A stretch of 64,000 nt of DNA from Candidatus Palauibacter sp. (GTDB lineage Bacteria > Gemmatimonadota > Gemmatimonadetes > Palauibacterales > Palauibacteraceae): positions 1,209,663 to 1,273,662 of the forward strand of contig NZ_OZ244149.1 of NCBI RefSeq assembly GCF_965216145.1. The letters run 5' to 3'. Positions 63,562 to 64,000 of this stretch are shown here, in pieces; the first letter of the stretch is position 1; each line of letters begins with the position of its first letter. Under the pieces are notes generated by a model. It was not told where the DNA came from, did not search any database, and was given only the letters and a program-made list of their open reading frames with translations. Both the position numbers and the translations under genes were made by a program.

Positions 63562-64000
63562 CAGTCCGTGGTAAAAGTCGGGATGTTCCGCGCCGGCATT
63601 GATGGTTAGATTGTGGCCGGGACAGGAGTGGCCAGTCAGTCGGAGGTGGGCGATGGCGATGGGGCGGCGGAGGGGCGGGCGGCAGAAGGCGCTGTTCGTG
63701 GCTGCGGCGGGGATCCGGGCTCCGGGGCACCCGTTCTACCGGGCGCTGGACGGGATGCTGGCGGAGGCGGGCTTCGACGGGTTGTGCGAGGAGACGTGCG
63801 CGGCGTACTACGCGGAGCGGCTGGGCCGTCCGAGCGTGGCGCCGGGGGTGTACTTCCGGATGCTTGTGGTGGGGTATCTGGAGGGGATCGGATCTGAGCG
63901 GGGGATCGCGTGGCGGTGCGCGGAGTCTCTGTCGCTGCGGGAGTTCCTTGGCTACGAGCTGGACGAGAACCCGCCGGACCACTCGACGGTGTCGCGGACG
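63562..64000 (+). mobile_element. Left end of an IS1182/IS5-like insertion sequence (truncated by the window)
   Basis: CTAG (63558-63561) followed by CAGTCCGTGGTAAAAGTC as the probable left end; transposase ORF follows. Confidence 0.7.
63653..64000 (+). CDS. IS1182-like transposase, N-terminal part
   Basis: GGAGG RBS; HPFYR.LD..L, Y....GRPS.APG.YFRML.VGYLEGI.SER.IAWRC..S.SLR.FLG.......PDHST.SR. Confidence 0.9.
   Translation, partial: MAMGRRRGGRQKALFVAAAGIRAPGHPFYRALDGMLAEAGFDGLCEETCAAYYAERLGRPSVAPGVYFRMLVVGYLEGIGSERGIAWRCAESLSLREFLGYELDENPPDHSTVSRT

Noticed and set aside
1-64000. CRISPR arrays, rRNA, tRNA, integrase/att sites, retron or DGR repeats
   Set aside because: No regularly spaced repeats, tRNA cloverleaves, rRNA signatures, reverse transcriptase or recombinase genes were seen by eye; tRNAscan-SE, Infernal and CRISPR finders would confirm.

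Overview
High-GC (roughly 70% by eye) bacterial chromosome segment. Gene content (Vps10/BNR-repeat protein, FG-GAP/ASPIC protein, many secreted peptidases and amidohydrolases, six-bladed propeller, TonB receptor) looks like Gemmatimonadota or a similar marine or host-associated lineage; this is an inference, not a taxonomic assignment. About 55 CDS are supportable. They include a blaR1/blaI pair with a clear operator, a ~5 kb accessory patch (vapBC, DinB, two divergent lipoprotein paralogues, an AAA-DUF4143 relic, intact darG with an internally deleted darT), a trypsin-like (Nal1-like) protease preceded by a free-standing copy of its own N-terminal domain, a quinohemoprotein alcohol dehydrogenase, fabH, glpD, a complete sufCBD-ferredoxin-sufSU operon running into rsgA, a Nudix hydrolase and an OsmC-like gene, and the left end of an IS1182-like element. 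The ORF track misses several things: (1) the OsmC-like gene is split by an in-frame UGA at the catalytic Cys position and followed directly by a bSECIS-like hairpin, so it is a probable selenoprotein at the end of the SUF operon; (2) a compact structured RNA with 6S-RNA hallmarks at ~39.55-39.70 kb; (3) a 49-aa small ORF at 42596-42745; (4) a GT2 start at the window edge. No rRNA, tRNA or CRISPR array was seen. All family calls come from motif recognition by eye; no database searches were run.
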